Assembly: GCA_002418765.1 (NCBI GenBank)
Contig: DIET01000014.1
Coordinates: 48,376 to 112,375, forward strand
From: Peptococcaceae bacterium UBA5767
GTDB taxonomy: Bacteria; Bacillota; TC1; UBA5767
DNA: 64,000 nucleotides
Reading direction: 5' to 3'
Position numbers and translations under genes: made by a program. Position 1 is the first letter of the stretch. Each line of letters begins with the position of its first letter. Positions 10,233 to 20,227 of the stretch are shown here, in pieces. Below the pieces are notes generated by a model. It searched no databases. It was not told where the DNA came from and worked only from the letters and a program-made list of their open reading frames with translations.

Positions 10233-11303
10233 ATGAGCATGCAAAGAAGAAATAGTAAAAAAATATGGATTGGGGAGGTGCCTATCGGTAACGATGCTCC
10301 AATCAGTATTCAGTCTATGACCAATACGGACACCCGAGACAAGGAGGCCACGATCAAGCAGATTTTGGCTTTGCAAGAGAGTGGTTGTGAAATTGTACGG
10401 TTGGCTGTCATAGATGAAGATGCGGCTGTGGCCATGAAGTATTTGGTTGCGCACTCACCGATTCCTGTCATTGCTGATATTCATTTTGATCATACATTGG
10501 CAATAAAGGCATTGGAAGCAGGTGTTCACGGTCTTAGAATCAATCCAGGGAATATTGGATCAAAAGAAAAAATCAAGAAGGTTATTGATGGTGCGAAAGA
10601 GCGACTTGTGCCTATTCGTATAGGCGTCAATAGTGGCTCTGTCGAAAAAGATTTGTTGGAAAAGCACCATGGTCCGAGCGTTGAAGCCATGGTTGAGAGT
10701 GCGCTTCGCCATATCGCCATTTTGGAAGAGCTGAATTACGATGAAATCAAGGTATCTATCAAGAGTACTGATGTTGCTTCTACGATTGCAGCCAATCGCA
10801 TATTGGCCGGTCAAATGCCATATCCGATCCATGTCGGGGTAACAGAAGCTGGTTTGAGTGAGCGAGCTATCGTTAAATCTGCCATAGGAATTGGAACATT
10901 GCTTTCTGAAGGTATCGGCGACACCATACGTGTGTCCTTAACTGGTAGCCCTCTGGATGAAATCAGTGTAGCCAAAAACATTTTGGCTGCTTTGGATTTG
11001 CGTATATTCGGACCAACATTGATCTCTTGTCCGACATGCGGAAGAACACAGATGAATTTGATAGAGACGGCAAAACGTGTAGAAGAAATGCTCACGGTTA
11101 CCAACAAACCCATTAAAGTGGCTGTTATGGGATGCGCTGTGAATGGACCCGGCGAAGCCAGAGAAGCTGATTTGGGTATAGCAGGAGGAAAAGGTTTGGG
11201 TTTGATTTTCCGTAAAGGGAAAATTATCAAAAAAGTGAAGCAAGAACAGCTCATTGAAGCATTCAAAGAAGAATTGGACAAATTATTAAAAGAAATGGAG
11301 TAG
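10233..11303 (+). CDS. ispG: 4-hydroxy-3-methylbut-2-en-1-yl diphosphate synthase (flavodoxin)
   Basis: IQSMTNTDTRD, LRINPGNIG, ISCPTCGRT and GCAVNGPGEA motifs (GcpE family). Confidence 0.93.
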   Translation: MSMQRRNSKKIWIGEVPIGNDAPISIQSMTNTDTRDKEATIKQILALQESGCEIVRLAVIDEDAAVAMKYLVAHSPIPVIADIHFDHTLAIKALEAGVHGLRINPGNIGSKEKIKKVIDGAKERLVPIRIGVNSGSVEKDLLEKHHGPSVEAMVESALRHIAILEELNYDEIKVSIKSTDVASTIAANRILAGQMPYPIHVGVTEAGLSERAIVKSAIGIGTLLSEGIGDTIRVSLTGSPLDEISVAKNILAALDLRIFGPTLISCPTCGRTQMNLIETAKRVEEMLTVTNKPIKVAVMGCAVNGPGEAREADLGIAGGKGLGLIFRKGKIIKKVKQEQLIEAFKEELDKLLKEME

Positions 11304-11309
11304 GAACAA

Positions 11310-13022
11310 ATGCAATCCTCAAAGCTTATCATACCAACGCTCAAAGAAACACCTGCAGATGCTGAGATCATCAGCCATCAGCTTCTTCTTAGAGCGGGTT
11401 TCATCAAAAAACAAGCGCAAGGAATTTATACATATCTTCCATTAGGATGGAAGGTAATGAAAAAGATTTCAGATATTGTGCGCATAGAAATGAACAAACG
11501 AGATGCACAAGAGATTATGATGCCCATTATTCAACCAGCGGAGTTATGGCAAGAAAGTGGGCGTTGGCATGTATATGGCAAAGAATTGATGCGTTTAACG
11601 GATCGTCATGAAAACGATTTTTGCCTAGGGCCCACACATGAAGAAGTTGTTACTGATGTAATAAGAAGCTTTGTCAATTCCTATAAACAGTTACCTGTCA
11701 ATCTATATCAGATTCAAAACAAATACCGAGATGAGAGAAGACCACGTTTTGGACTGATTCGAAGCAGAGAGTTTCTGATGAAAGATGGGTATTCCTTCGA
11801 CCGAGATGAAGCCGGACTGGACAAATCATACCAAGCGATGTATGAAGCCTATTCAGCAATTTTTACTCGCTGCGGGCTGTCCTATAGAGCGGTAGAAGCT
11901 GATTCAGGTGCGATTGGAGGAAGCAATACACATGAGTTTATGGTTTTGGCGGATTCAGGTGAAGCAGCCATCGTTTTTTGTGAACACTGTGATTATTCAG
12001 CCAATATCGAAAAGGCAAAAATGGATCTTTCTTATCAAGATCATGAACCAATGGATGTTTTAGAAAAGGTATTGACTCCGAATCAAAAAACCATCGTGGA
12101 TGTCTCTACCTATTTGCAGCGTGATCCAAAAAAATCCATCAAGGCATTATTGTACAAAGCGAGATATGAAGACCGTCAGGAAATAATAGTCGCTTTTGTA
12201 CGTGGTGACCGCGAGGGTAATGAGATCAAAATTCAAAATAGTTTGGGTGCCTTGTCTATCGATATGGATATAGATGAACAAGAAATACTGGATCTGGGTA
12301 TTCATCGAGGTTATATCGGCCCAATCAAGCTTGCCAAGGTCAAGATCGTTCTGGATGAAGAGATTATGCGATTACGGAATCTAGTATGTGGCGCCAATGA
12401 GGATGATCATCATTATATTAATGTCAATTATGACAGAGATTTTCAGTGTGATCTCATTGCTGATATTAAGGAAGTACGAGAAGGTGATTTATGCCCCATT
12501 TGTCGTTCGCCTCTGTCTTCTGCTCGGGGTACTGAAGTAGGTCAAGTCTTCAAACTCGGAACCAAGTACTCTCAATCGATGCATGCTACTTTTTTAGATG
12601 AAAACGGAAAAGCTCAGCCTTTGGTGATGGGCTGCTATGGTATCGGCATAAGTAGAACCATGCAAGCCTGCGTAGAGCAGAATCATGATGAACGGGGTAT
12701 GATATGGCCGGTATCGATTGCACCATTCGAAGTTGTTATTTTGCCGGCAGTTCATAAAAATATTGAGCAGATGAATATGGCCAGAGACCTGTATCATGAA
12801 ATGCAAGAAATGGGCATTGATATATTGCTTGATGATACACCCGAACGTACAGGTGTGAAATTCGCCAATAGTGAGCTCATAGGATATCCTATTCGCATTA
12901 CTGTTGGCAAGTTGATAGAGCAGGGAAAAGTGGAAATTACTATACGCAAGTCCATGGAAACCACGGAAGTCTCCATTGCAGAGGTTAGCGAGAAAGTAAA
13001 AGAATTATTGGGTACAATATAA
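11310..13022 (+). CDS. proS: proline--tRNA ligase (bacterial type with editing insertion)
   Basis: Class II aaRS motifs (YQIQNKYRDERRPRFGLIRSREFLMKD, GCYGIGISR). 570 aa length fits the INS-domain form. Confidence 0.95.
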   Translation: MQSSKLIIPTLKETPADAEIISHQLLLRAGFIKKQAQGIYTYLPLGWKVMKKISDIVRIEMNKRDAQEIMMPIIQPAELWQESGRWHVYGKELMRLTDRHENDFCLGPTHEEVVTDVIRSFVNSYKQLPVNLYQIQNKYRDERRPRFGLIRSREFLMKDGYSFDRDEAGLDKSYQAMYEAYSAIFTRCGLSYRAVEADSGAIGGSNTHEFMVLADSGEAAIVFCEHCDYSANIEKAKMDLSYQDHEPMDVLEKVLTPNQKTIVDVSTYLQRDPKKSIKALLYKARYEDRQEIIVAFVRGDREGNEIKIQNSLGALSIDMDIDEQEILDLGIHRGYIGPIKLAKVKIVLDEEIMRLRNLVCGANEDDHHYINVNYDRDFQCDLIADIKEVREGDLCPICRSPLSSARGTEVGQVFKLGTKYSQSMHATFLDENGKAQPLVMGCYGIGISRTMQACVEQNHDERGMIWPVSIAPFEVVILPAVHKNIEQMNMARDLYHEMQEMGIDILLDDTPERTGVKFANSELIGYPIRITVGKLIEQGKVEITIRKSMETTEVSIAEVSEKVKELLGTI

Positions 13023-13049
13023 AAATTTAGGAGGATTTCTTCCTTCTTA

Positions 13050-16000
13050 ATGATAAGAGGTTCTTCATTGGAAATCAAACGACTGTTGGAACAAGCAGCA
13101 AAGCGAGCACAATTTGATGATGAAACAAAAGAAAAGATTCTGCGTTGGGAGATCATACAAGTATATTTGAGTGAAAAAAAAAGAAGCTTATTACTTTGTG
13201 CTCAACATCAGGATTTGATGAATTACCAAGATATGTTGAGAATATCTCATCAGATAGAACAAATTCTCTTATTGAATCGCGTGAGAATTCTGCCTTTTTT
13301 TATGCTAGACTCTTGGAATGAGTCTAGCGCTGTATTGTTGGCTCAAGTACTTCGTGAAGAAATGGGCGAGAAAGATTTGGTGATAAAAGGAAGTATAGCG
13401 AGCATCATAAGAGTAGATAGAACTCTAAAAATGGGAGTTCATTCCAAATTGGCAATCAAACATTGGGAACAAAAAGGCAAGAGAAAAATATTGGATCAGA
13501 TTTTGGCCACCATGTTGCCCTGGATGGATCGAATGGAGTTTTTTGTTGTTGAAGATACTTCATTCAAAGAAAAAATGATTGATTTGGAAAAAGAAAGACT
13601 GATTTGTTTCCATGAAACAAATCAGTCGACAGATGATTATGCGTGTGAGGTTTCTCTAACAGAGAGAGTCATTCTCGGTCATGATTTTGCTACCATTCCT
13701 CTGAATTTAGAATCCATTCAAGAGGAAGAAAAGTCAGCTGCAATCTATGGAAAAGTAATCAATTTGGAGATTCGAGAGCTGCGTAGCGGACGAATATTGA
13801 TTACATTTGATGTCATAAGCAAGAAGTGTGGTTTGAGTGTAAAGTATTTTCAACCAGAAAATGGCCAGCGAACTGTGTTGTTGGAAAATGGCCAGTTTAT
13901 CAAGGCGCGTGGGTCCATACAACAAGATCGATATAGTCAAGAACTGACTATGCAGGTGAAAGATATTGTTTTGGTGGAAGAAGCGAAACGCAAAGATTCT
14001 TATGACAAGAAAAGAATTGAATTGCATCTGCATACTACCATGAGCGCACTTGATGGCCTTACCGACATAAAGGAAGCCCTCAACAGAGCGAAAGAGTGGG
14101 GTCATTCTGCTTTGGCGATTACCGATCATGGCGGAGCACAAGCTTTCCCTGCGGCTTTTCAATGGACCAAGAAAGATGGTTCCAATGTCAAAGTAATATA
14201 TGGAATGGAAGCTTACTTTGTGGACGATTCTTATGAAGAGGGATTGACTAAAAAACCTTATCATATGATTATTCTTGTAAAATCAACCAAAGGATTTCAA
14301 AATCTATATCAGTTGATCACCAGTTCGAATTTGCGCCATTTCTATCGCAAACCACGTGTTATGAAAAGTGAATTGGATTCCTTGAGAGAAGGGTTGATCA
14401 TTGGTAGTGCATGTGAAGCAGGCGAGCTTTACCAAAGTATACTGCATCACAAGAGCGATGAAGAAATCGAAAACATAGCGAAATACTATGACTATTTGGA
14501 AGTACAGCCTATCGGAAACAATGCGTTTCTGATTCGAGAAGGCTGGATTGAGAATGAAGAAGTATTAAAAGAATTGAATCGAAGGATTGTATTGTTGGGC
14601 AAGAAACTGGGAATTCCTGTTGTCGCGACAGGTGATGTGCATTTTTTGGATCCTGATGATGAAATATATCGTAAAATCATTCAAACAGGACAAGGGTACA
14701 AAGATACTACCCAACCTCCGCTTTTTTACCGAACTACGGAAGAAATGCTTGCAGAATTTTCTTACTTAAATAAGGAACTTGCGTATGAAATTGTTGTAGA
14801 GAATACACATCATATAGCCAATTTGATCGATGATAATCTGGTCCCCATACAAACGAAACTGCATACACCGAAAATGGATGGTGCGGATGTTGAAATCAAA
14901 GATACATGTGTCACTAGAGCCAAAGAACTATATGGCGATCCTTTGCCAAGTATCGTTGAAAATCGACTAAATCGCGAACTTGAGTCCATCATCAACAATG
15001 GATTTGCCGTCCTCTATCTGATTGCAGAAAAACTAGTTAAGAAATCCAATGAAGATGGCTATCTGGTTGGTTCAAGGGGATCTGTGGGATCTTCATTTGT
15101 CGCTACTCTTTTGGGTATCACCGAGGTCAATCCATTGGCCCCTCATTACATATGCAGTACCTGTTATTACAATGAATTCATATTGGATGGTTCCATTGGC
15201 AGTGGTGCCGATCTACCACAAAAGGACTGTCCAAATTGTGGTATGCCAATGATCAAGGATGGACATGAAATCCCTTTTGAGACGTTTTTAGGATTTGATG
15301 GAGATAAGATTCCAGACATAGATTTGAATTTCTCAGGAGATTATCAGTCAACCATTCATAAATATACAGAAGTTTTGTTTGGCAAAGATCATGTTTTTAA
15401 AGCAGGTACCATTGCTACCATTGCGGAAAAAACTGCCTATGGTTTTAGTAAAAAATATTTAGAAGAGCAAGGTGAGCATGCCTATCGTTCAGCTCAACTG
15501 GCGGCTTTGGCACATGGATGCACTGGCGTGAAGCGAACCACAGGGCAACATCCTGGCGGTATTATTGTTCTTCCGCGTGGTGAGAACGTCAATTGTTTCA
15601 CTCCGTTGCAACGACCTGCTGAAGATACTGAATCTGATATTGTAACCAGTCATTTCGATTATCATTCCATAGATTCTAGTTTGGTAAAACTTGATTTGCT
15701 GGGGCATGATGATCCTACTGTAATCAAAATGCTTGAAGATTTGACCCATACAAATGCCAAGAGCATCTCATTGGACGATGAAAAGACCTTAAGCTTATTT
15801 CGTTCATCGGAAGCATTGCATTTAGACCCAAAAATATTGGATATGGACATTGGTTCCTTGGGTATTCCTGAATTTGGTACCAAATTTGTGCGCCAGATGC
15901 TTCAAGACACCAGGCCCATTGCCTTTTCTGAACTTGTTCGTATTTCAGGATTTTCTCATGGTACTGATGTATGGTTGAATAATGCACAGGAATTGATCTT

Positions 16001-16736
16001 TGCGAAAATTGCCAAATTATCTGAGGCAATTTCGACACGAGATGACATTATGTCGTACCTGTTGCACAAGAATCTTCCACCGCTTATTGCGTTTCGTATT
16101 ATGGAAGATGTGAGAAAGGGTAAAGGGCTTAAAGAAGAATATGAGGAGGAGATGCGCAAGTTCCATGTGCCTGATTGGTATATAGATTCCTGCAAAAAAA
16201 TAAAGTATATGTTCCCTAAGGCACATGCCGTAGCCTATGTTACCATGGCTTTTCGCATTGCTTGGTATAAAATTAATCATCCAGAGGCATTCTATGCGAC
16301 CTATTTTACGGTTCGTGCGGATGAATTTGATCTTGACATTATTCGCAAAGGGCCAGAGAATATACAGCATGAATTGAAAAAGCTTAGGGCTTTGTCACGA
16401 CAGACGGCCAGGGAACGAAGCATCGAAACGATTTTAGAGATCGCCTTGGAAATGTATGCACGGGGTATCCATTTGATGCCATTAAACTTATATACATCCA
16501 AGGCAGCAGAATTTACTGTATGTGACGGGGCGCTTTTGCCACCATTTAATACGATACCAGGTTTGGGTATAAAAGCAGCCAAAAATATTGTTGTCATGCG
16601 TGAAGAGAAACCAATCATATCTGTAGAAGATTTACGTATTCGTGCAAGGCTGAGTAATACGGTCATTGAACTGATGAGAGATTTGGGAATGCTTACGGAT
16701 TTGCCAGAGAGTGAACAGATGAGTTTGTTTGCTTGA
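13050..16736 (+). CDS. polC: PolC-type DNA polymerase III alpha subunit, lacking the internal 3'-5' exonuclease domain
   Basis: OB fold, PHP motifs (ELHLHTTMSALDG, AITDHGG), Cys4 module (CSTC...CPNCG), PDIDLNFSG, GQHPGGIIV, KKIKYMFPKAHAVAYV and C-terminal QMSLFA all fit PolC. Only about 9 residues occupy the site where the ~200 aa DEDDh exonuclease normally sits. An alternative TTG start exists at 13068. Confidence 0.9.
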   Translation: MIRGSSLEIKRLLEQAAKRAQFDDETKEKILRWEIIQVYLSEKKRSLLLCAQHQDLMNYQDMLRISHQIEQILLLNRVRILPFFMLDSWNESSAVLLAQVLREEMGEKDLVIKGSIASIIRVDRTLKMGVHSKLAIKHWEQKGKRKILDQILATMLPWMDRMEFFVVEDTSFKEKMIDLEKERLICFHETNQSTDDYACEVSLTERVILGHDFATIPLNLESIQEEEKSAAIYGKVINLEIRELRSGRILITFDVISKKCGLSVKYFQPENGQRTVLLENGQFIKARGSIQQDRYSQELTMQVKDIVLVEEAKRKDSYDKKRIELHLHTTMSALDGLTDIKEALNRAKEWGHSALAITDHGGAQAFPAAFQWTKKDGSNVKVIYGMEAYFVDDSYEEGLTKKPYHMIILVKSTKGFQNLYQLITSSNLRHFYRKPRVMKSELDSLREGLIIGSACEAGELYQSILHHKSDEEIENIAKYYDYLEVQPIGNNAFLIREGWIENEEVLKELNRRIVLLGKKLGIPVVATGDVHFLDPDDEIYRKIIQTGQGYKDTTQPPLFYRTTEEMLAEFSYLNKELAYEIVVENTHHIANLIDDNLVPIQTKLHTPKMDGADVEIKDTCVTRAKELYGDPLPSIVENRLNRELESIINNGFAVLYLIAEKLVKKSNEDGYLVGSRGSVGSSFVATLLGITEVNPLAPHYICSTCYYNEFILDGSIGSGADLPQKDCPNCGMPMIKDGHEIPFETFLGFDGDKIPDIDLNFSGDYQSTIHKYTEVLFGKDHVFKAGTIATIAEKTAYGFSKKYLEEQGEHAYRSAQLAALAHGCTGVKRTTGQHPGGIIVLPRGENVNCFTPLQRPAEDTESDIVTSHFDYHSIDSSLVKLDLLGHDDPTVIKMLEDLTHTNAKSISLDDEKTLSLFRSSEALHLDPKILDMDIGSLGIPEFGTKFVRQMLQDTRPIAFSELVRISGFSHGTDVWLNNAQELIFAKIAKLSEAISTRDDIMSYLLHKNLPPLIAFRIMEDVRKGKGLKEEYEEEMRKFHVPDWYIDSCKKIKYMFPKAHAVAYVTMAFRIAWYKINHPEAFYATYFTVRADEFDLDIIRKGPENIQHELKKLRALSRQTARERSIETILEIALEMYARGIHLMPLNLYTSKAAEFTVCDGALLPPFNTIPGLGIKAAKNIVVMREEKPIISVEDLRIRARLSNTVIELMRDLGMLTDLPESEQMSLFA

Positions 16737-16773
16737 GTCGGTATGATGAAATGAAGTACGCTTGGATTGATTC

Positions 16774-16817
16774 AAAAAGTATGAAAGCAAGTCCGTGGAC
16801 TTGCTTTCATACTTTTT
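16774..16817. terminator. bidirectional intrinsic terminator between convergent polC and oxidoreductase beta gene
   Basis: AAAAAGTATGAAAGCAAGTC / GACTTGCTTTCATACTTTTT perfect long hairpin flanked by A-run and T-run. Confidence 0.85.
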
Positions 16818-17673
16818 ATGATGGATAGTCGATCAATGATTGAACGTCTTTTTGATTTCTTTTTCTATGAATCAATATCGTCTTATTCTCTTTATAAATT
16901 GGCAAACATGCTTCAAAGGTTGGACGACCAATATGGCGATAGAGAATGCCCAGTGGATAAGGATCATGCTCCTGGGCTTTGGTAAAGGCGACTGCCAAGG
17001 AATCCTTTTTATACGCCTGCTCAAGCATGTAAGTATGCTTCTTATACCAAGCGAAATTGTTGATTTTATTAAAACTGGGGCAGGGTTGCATGACATCAAT
17101 AAGAGCATAACCTGGATGCAGGATTGCTTTTTGTATGAGTTCACTCAAATGTTCCTGATAGCCTGAAAAGCCTCTGGCGATGAATGTCGCTCCCAATGAA
17201 AGCGCAACCAATAATGGATTGAATGGTTCGTTAATGACTCCTTGTTCCTGCAATGGGGTGGTAAATCCTATTGATGAAGTGGGCGAAGCTTGTCCCTTTG
17301 TTAATCCATAAACCATATTGTTGTGTACAATGTGGGTTATGTCAATATTTCTTCTGATATTGTGAATCAGATGGTTTCCGCCTTCGCCATACATATCACC
17401 GTCACCGCCTTCTGCAATGACTGTCAACTCAGGATTAACCGATTTTATGGCACAAGCCACTGGTAATGCTCTGCCATGCAGACCATTAAAATAATTGGTC
17501 TCCAAATATTGAGGCATTTTTGCTGCTTGTCCTATGCCGGATGAAACAACCAATTGGTGCGGGTCCATATGAAGCTTCGAGAGTGCATCAATCAGTGCCT
17601 CTCGGATAGCATAGTTGCCACAACCAGGGCACCAGGCCACATTTTCATCATTACGATATTCATATGTGCTCAT
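16816..17673 (-). CDS. 2-oxoacid:ferredoxin oxidoreductase, beta (TPP-binding) subunit
   Basis: N-terminal WCPGCGNY motif, GDGDMYGEGGNH TPP-binding motif. Translationally coupled to the upstream alpha gene (overlap). Substrate (2-oxoglutarate or other) cannot be assigned from sequence. Confidence 0.85.
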   Translation of the reverse strand: MSTYEYRNDENVAWCPGCGNYAIREALIDALSKLHMDPHQLVVSSGIGQAAKMPQYLETNYFNGLHGRALPVACAIKSVNPELTVIAEGGDGDMYGEGGNHLIHNIRRNIDITHIVHNNMVYGLTKGQASPTSSIGFTTPLQEQGVINEPFNPLLVALSLGATFIARGFSGYQEHLSELIQKAILHPGYALIDVMQPCPSFNKINNFAWYKKHTYMLEQAYKKDSLAVAFTKAQEHDPYPLGILYRHIGRPTFEACLPIYKENKTILIHRKRNQKDVQSLIDYPS

Positions 17674-19370
17674 TGCATCACCTCATTCCATTTTTGCAGG
17701 ATATCTTCTAGGGAGAATGGCGCACCATTGTATTTGTTGATACGATGCGTGACAGTGATATTGAGTTCAACTTTCAAAAGATTCGCCAGTTGCCCGGTCG
17801 CATTATTTTCTATACATATGATTGTCTTTTCTTTCAATTCTCTTTGTAATCGCTCAGGAAGGGGAAGCAATTGTTTCAGATGAATATAGGTCACATCATC
17901 AAGTGTGGTAGAAGCCAACCATTCTTTGATAACACCATAGGTTGAACCCCAGGAAATAATAATGTGCTTGGCATTGGTGTTGCCAATCCATTCTTCTGTC
18001 ACATAATCGTTTAGAATACTTTCTCGTTTCTTTAAGCGTTTTTCGTTCATCGCAACTCGTACTGTGAAGCTTTCCGTAATGAGTCCTTCTTCGGTATGCT
18101 CATCACTGTCAACCTTTACAAACCCCTCACCCCAACCGGGAATGCCTCGTGGTGATATACCATCTTCGGAAAGACAGTAACGCTGGTAATCGGATTCGCT
18201 TTTCACAACGAAGGATTCAGGTTCTGCCGGTAAAGTCATCTTTTTCATCAGTCCAAGAGAATCCGTATAGAATTGATCTGTCAGTAAAAAAACTGGAACC
18301 TGATATCGATCAGCCAACGTGAATGCCCTTTGAGTCAAAAGAACACCATCTTCAAGCGAGCCCGGTGATAAAATGATTCGCGGAAACTCGCCATGCCCTG
18401 CGTATTGAACCAAAGACAAATCTGCTTGTTCAGTACGGGTAGGGAGGCCAGTGGCTGGCCCGGGCCTTTGAGCAACGTGGATGACACAAGGTGTTTCTGT
18501 CATACCTGATAAAGAAATGGCCTCTTGCATGAGTGCCAAACCACCCCCTGATGTCGTTGCCAGCCCTCTTGCTCCTGCATACCATGCACCCAACACCATA
18601 TTGAGTGCTGCTATTTCGTCCTCGGATTGTTCCACAAGGACATCAAATTGCTGACCTTTCTGACTAAGGTATACCAATACTCCTGTAGAAGGGGACATGG
18701 GGTAGGAAGCAACATAGTTGCATCCCCCTGCCAATGCACCGATACCGACGGCTTCAGTACCGTCTATAACTTTATATTCGGAAGGATCATACAAGATAGG
18801 GCTTTCAATATCATCTCCGATACTAGGGATATTTTCGTGAGCAAATGTGTAACCCAGTTGCAGAGCATTCTCATTGTTGGCGACGATATCTTGACCTTTG
18901 GTTTTGAATTTGTCCCTCAATTGTTGTTTGAGGAATTCAATATTCAATTCTAGAACGGCTGTTAGCACTCCAACAACAACTGTATTTTCAAACAATTTTC
19001 CTCCTGATGCCTTCGCTAGTTCCGAGAAAGGAATGGGATAGACCGTCAGTCCTCGTTTTAATATTTGAGGATGTGCCAGAAACTCTTTTTCACCGAGAAT
19101 GATGGTATGAGGCTGAATTCGTTGCCACAAGCGTTCTATGGCATGATCGTTTAACAGAAACAGCAAGTCAATCGTCTCTTCATAAGCAAAACTTTGTTGT
19201 GATGTGATTCTGATTTCTGTAGTATTGTTTCCTCCACGAATACGACTCATGATATCTTTGGATGAACAGACGAAATGGTTTTTTGCGATCGCGCGTACAA
19301 GAAACTCTTCAATGGTTTGGATACCTTGTCCAGCTTCACCTGAAATAACAATGCAAAATGAATTTTTCAT
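17670..19370 (-). CDS. 2-oxoacid:ferredoxin oxidoreductase, fused gamma-alpha subunit
   Basis: N-terminal gamma-type domain (ISGEAGQGIQT) followed by alpha-type pyrimidine-binding domain (GTEAVGIGALAGGCNYVASYPMSPST). 566 aa. Confidence 0.85.
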   Translation of the reverse strand: MKNSFCIVISGEAGQGIQTIEEFLVRAIAKNHFVCSSKDIMSRIRGGNNTTEIRITSQQSFAYEETIDLLFLLNDHAIERLWQRIQPHTIILGEKEFLAHPQILKRGLTVYPIPFSELAKASGGKLFENTVVVGVLTAVLELNIEFLKQQLRDKFKTKGQDIVANNENALQLGYTFAHENIPSIGDDIESPILYDPSEYKVIDGTEAVGIGALAGGCNYVASYPMSPSTGVLVYLSQKGQQFDVLVEQSEDEIAALNMVLGAWYAGARGLATTSGGGLALMQEAISLSGMTETPCVIHVAQRPGPATGLPTRTEQADLSLVQYAGHGEFPRIILSPGSLEDGVLLTQRAFTLADRYQVPVFLLTDQFYTDSLGLMKKMTLPAEPESFVVKSESDYQRYCLSEDGISPRGIPGWGEGFVKVDSDEHTEEGLITESFTVRVAMNEKRLKKRESILNDYVTEEWIGNTNAKHIIISWGSTYGVIKEWLASTTLDDVTYIHLKQLLPLPERLQRELKEKTIICIENNATGQLANLLKVELNITVTHRINKYNGAPFSLEDILQKWNEVMQ

Positions 19371-19497
19371 GAAAACCTCCTTACTAAGACTAGGTGTGCT
19401 TTTCCATTTGATATTGAAATTTAAAGATTCAAAACGAGGTTGAAAAATAGCAACTGTTGCTCTCTTGCATTATAATAGTATTGGAAAGAGAGGCGAT

Positions 19498-20208
19498 ATG
19501 AAAAAAATTGGAGTGGTTATATTGGTTATGATATTCTTGACAGGTTGCCAAACATCTTCTGTGGCAGTGGATACCAGTGCTTTGGAAAAGGAGTTGTCTG
19601 ACGCATACGTATCTATTGCAGAATTATCGACTCAAATCGAAGATTTAAATCATGACATCTCTGAAATGCAGACTCAGCTAGAAGCAGTACAAGTGGCGCC
19701 AAGCAACTCGTTATCGTTGCTTTCTCAGGCAGCACAAACGGTACAATGGTTAGGAGAAGAAAATTATACTTCTTTATCCACACTAGTGCATCCCACGAAA
19801 GGAGTCCGGTTTTCACCTTATGGTTATGTGGACATAAACAACCATTTGATTTTTACTGGCGCGGAAGTGGCTGGTTTTTCCACCAACACACAAATATATA
19901 ATTGGGGAAACTATGATGGGACAGGAGACCCCATTGCGTTGACATTTGATGATTTCTATACGGATTTCATTTTCGATCAAGATTTTACACAGGCCCCATA
20001 CTTGGGAAACAATACGATTATCGGTACCGGGAACACTCTAATCAATATGGCTACAGCCTATCCAGATGGTGAATTCATTGAATTTCATTATGATGAGCTA
20101 GATGCACAGTATATGGGTATGGATTGGACAAGTTTACGATTGGTCTTTGAGTTATATCAAGGGGAATATCTGCTCATTGGTATTATTTCCGATCAGTGGA
20201 CCATTTGA
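19498..20208 (+). CDS. lipoprotein of unknown function
   Basis: MKKIGVVILVMIFLTGCQ signal peptide with lipobox LTGC. AAAGAGAGG RBS before ATG 19498. Coiled-coil-like N-terminal stretch, then an aromatic/Gly-rich domain I cannot place in a family. Confidence 0.6.
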   Translation: MKKIGVVILVMIFLTGCQTSSVAVDTSALEKELSDAYVSIAELSTQIEDLNHDISEMQTQLEAVQVAPSNSLSLLSQAAQTVQWLGEENYTSLSTLVHPTKGVRFSPYGYVDINNHLIFTGAEVAGFSTNTQIYNWGNYDGTGDPIALTFDDFYTDFIFDQDFTQAPYLGNNTIIGTGNTLINMATAYPDGEFIEFHYDELDAQYMGMDWTSLRLVFELYQGEYLLIGIISDQWTI

Positions 20209-20227
20209 TACAGAACCTTTTTTTCGA

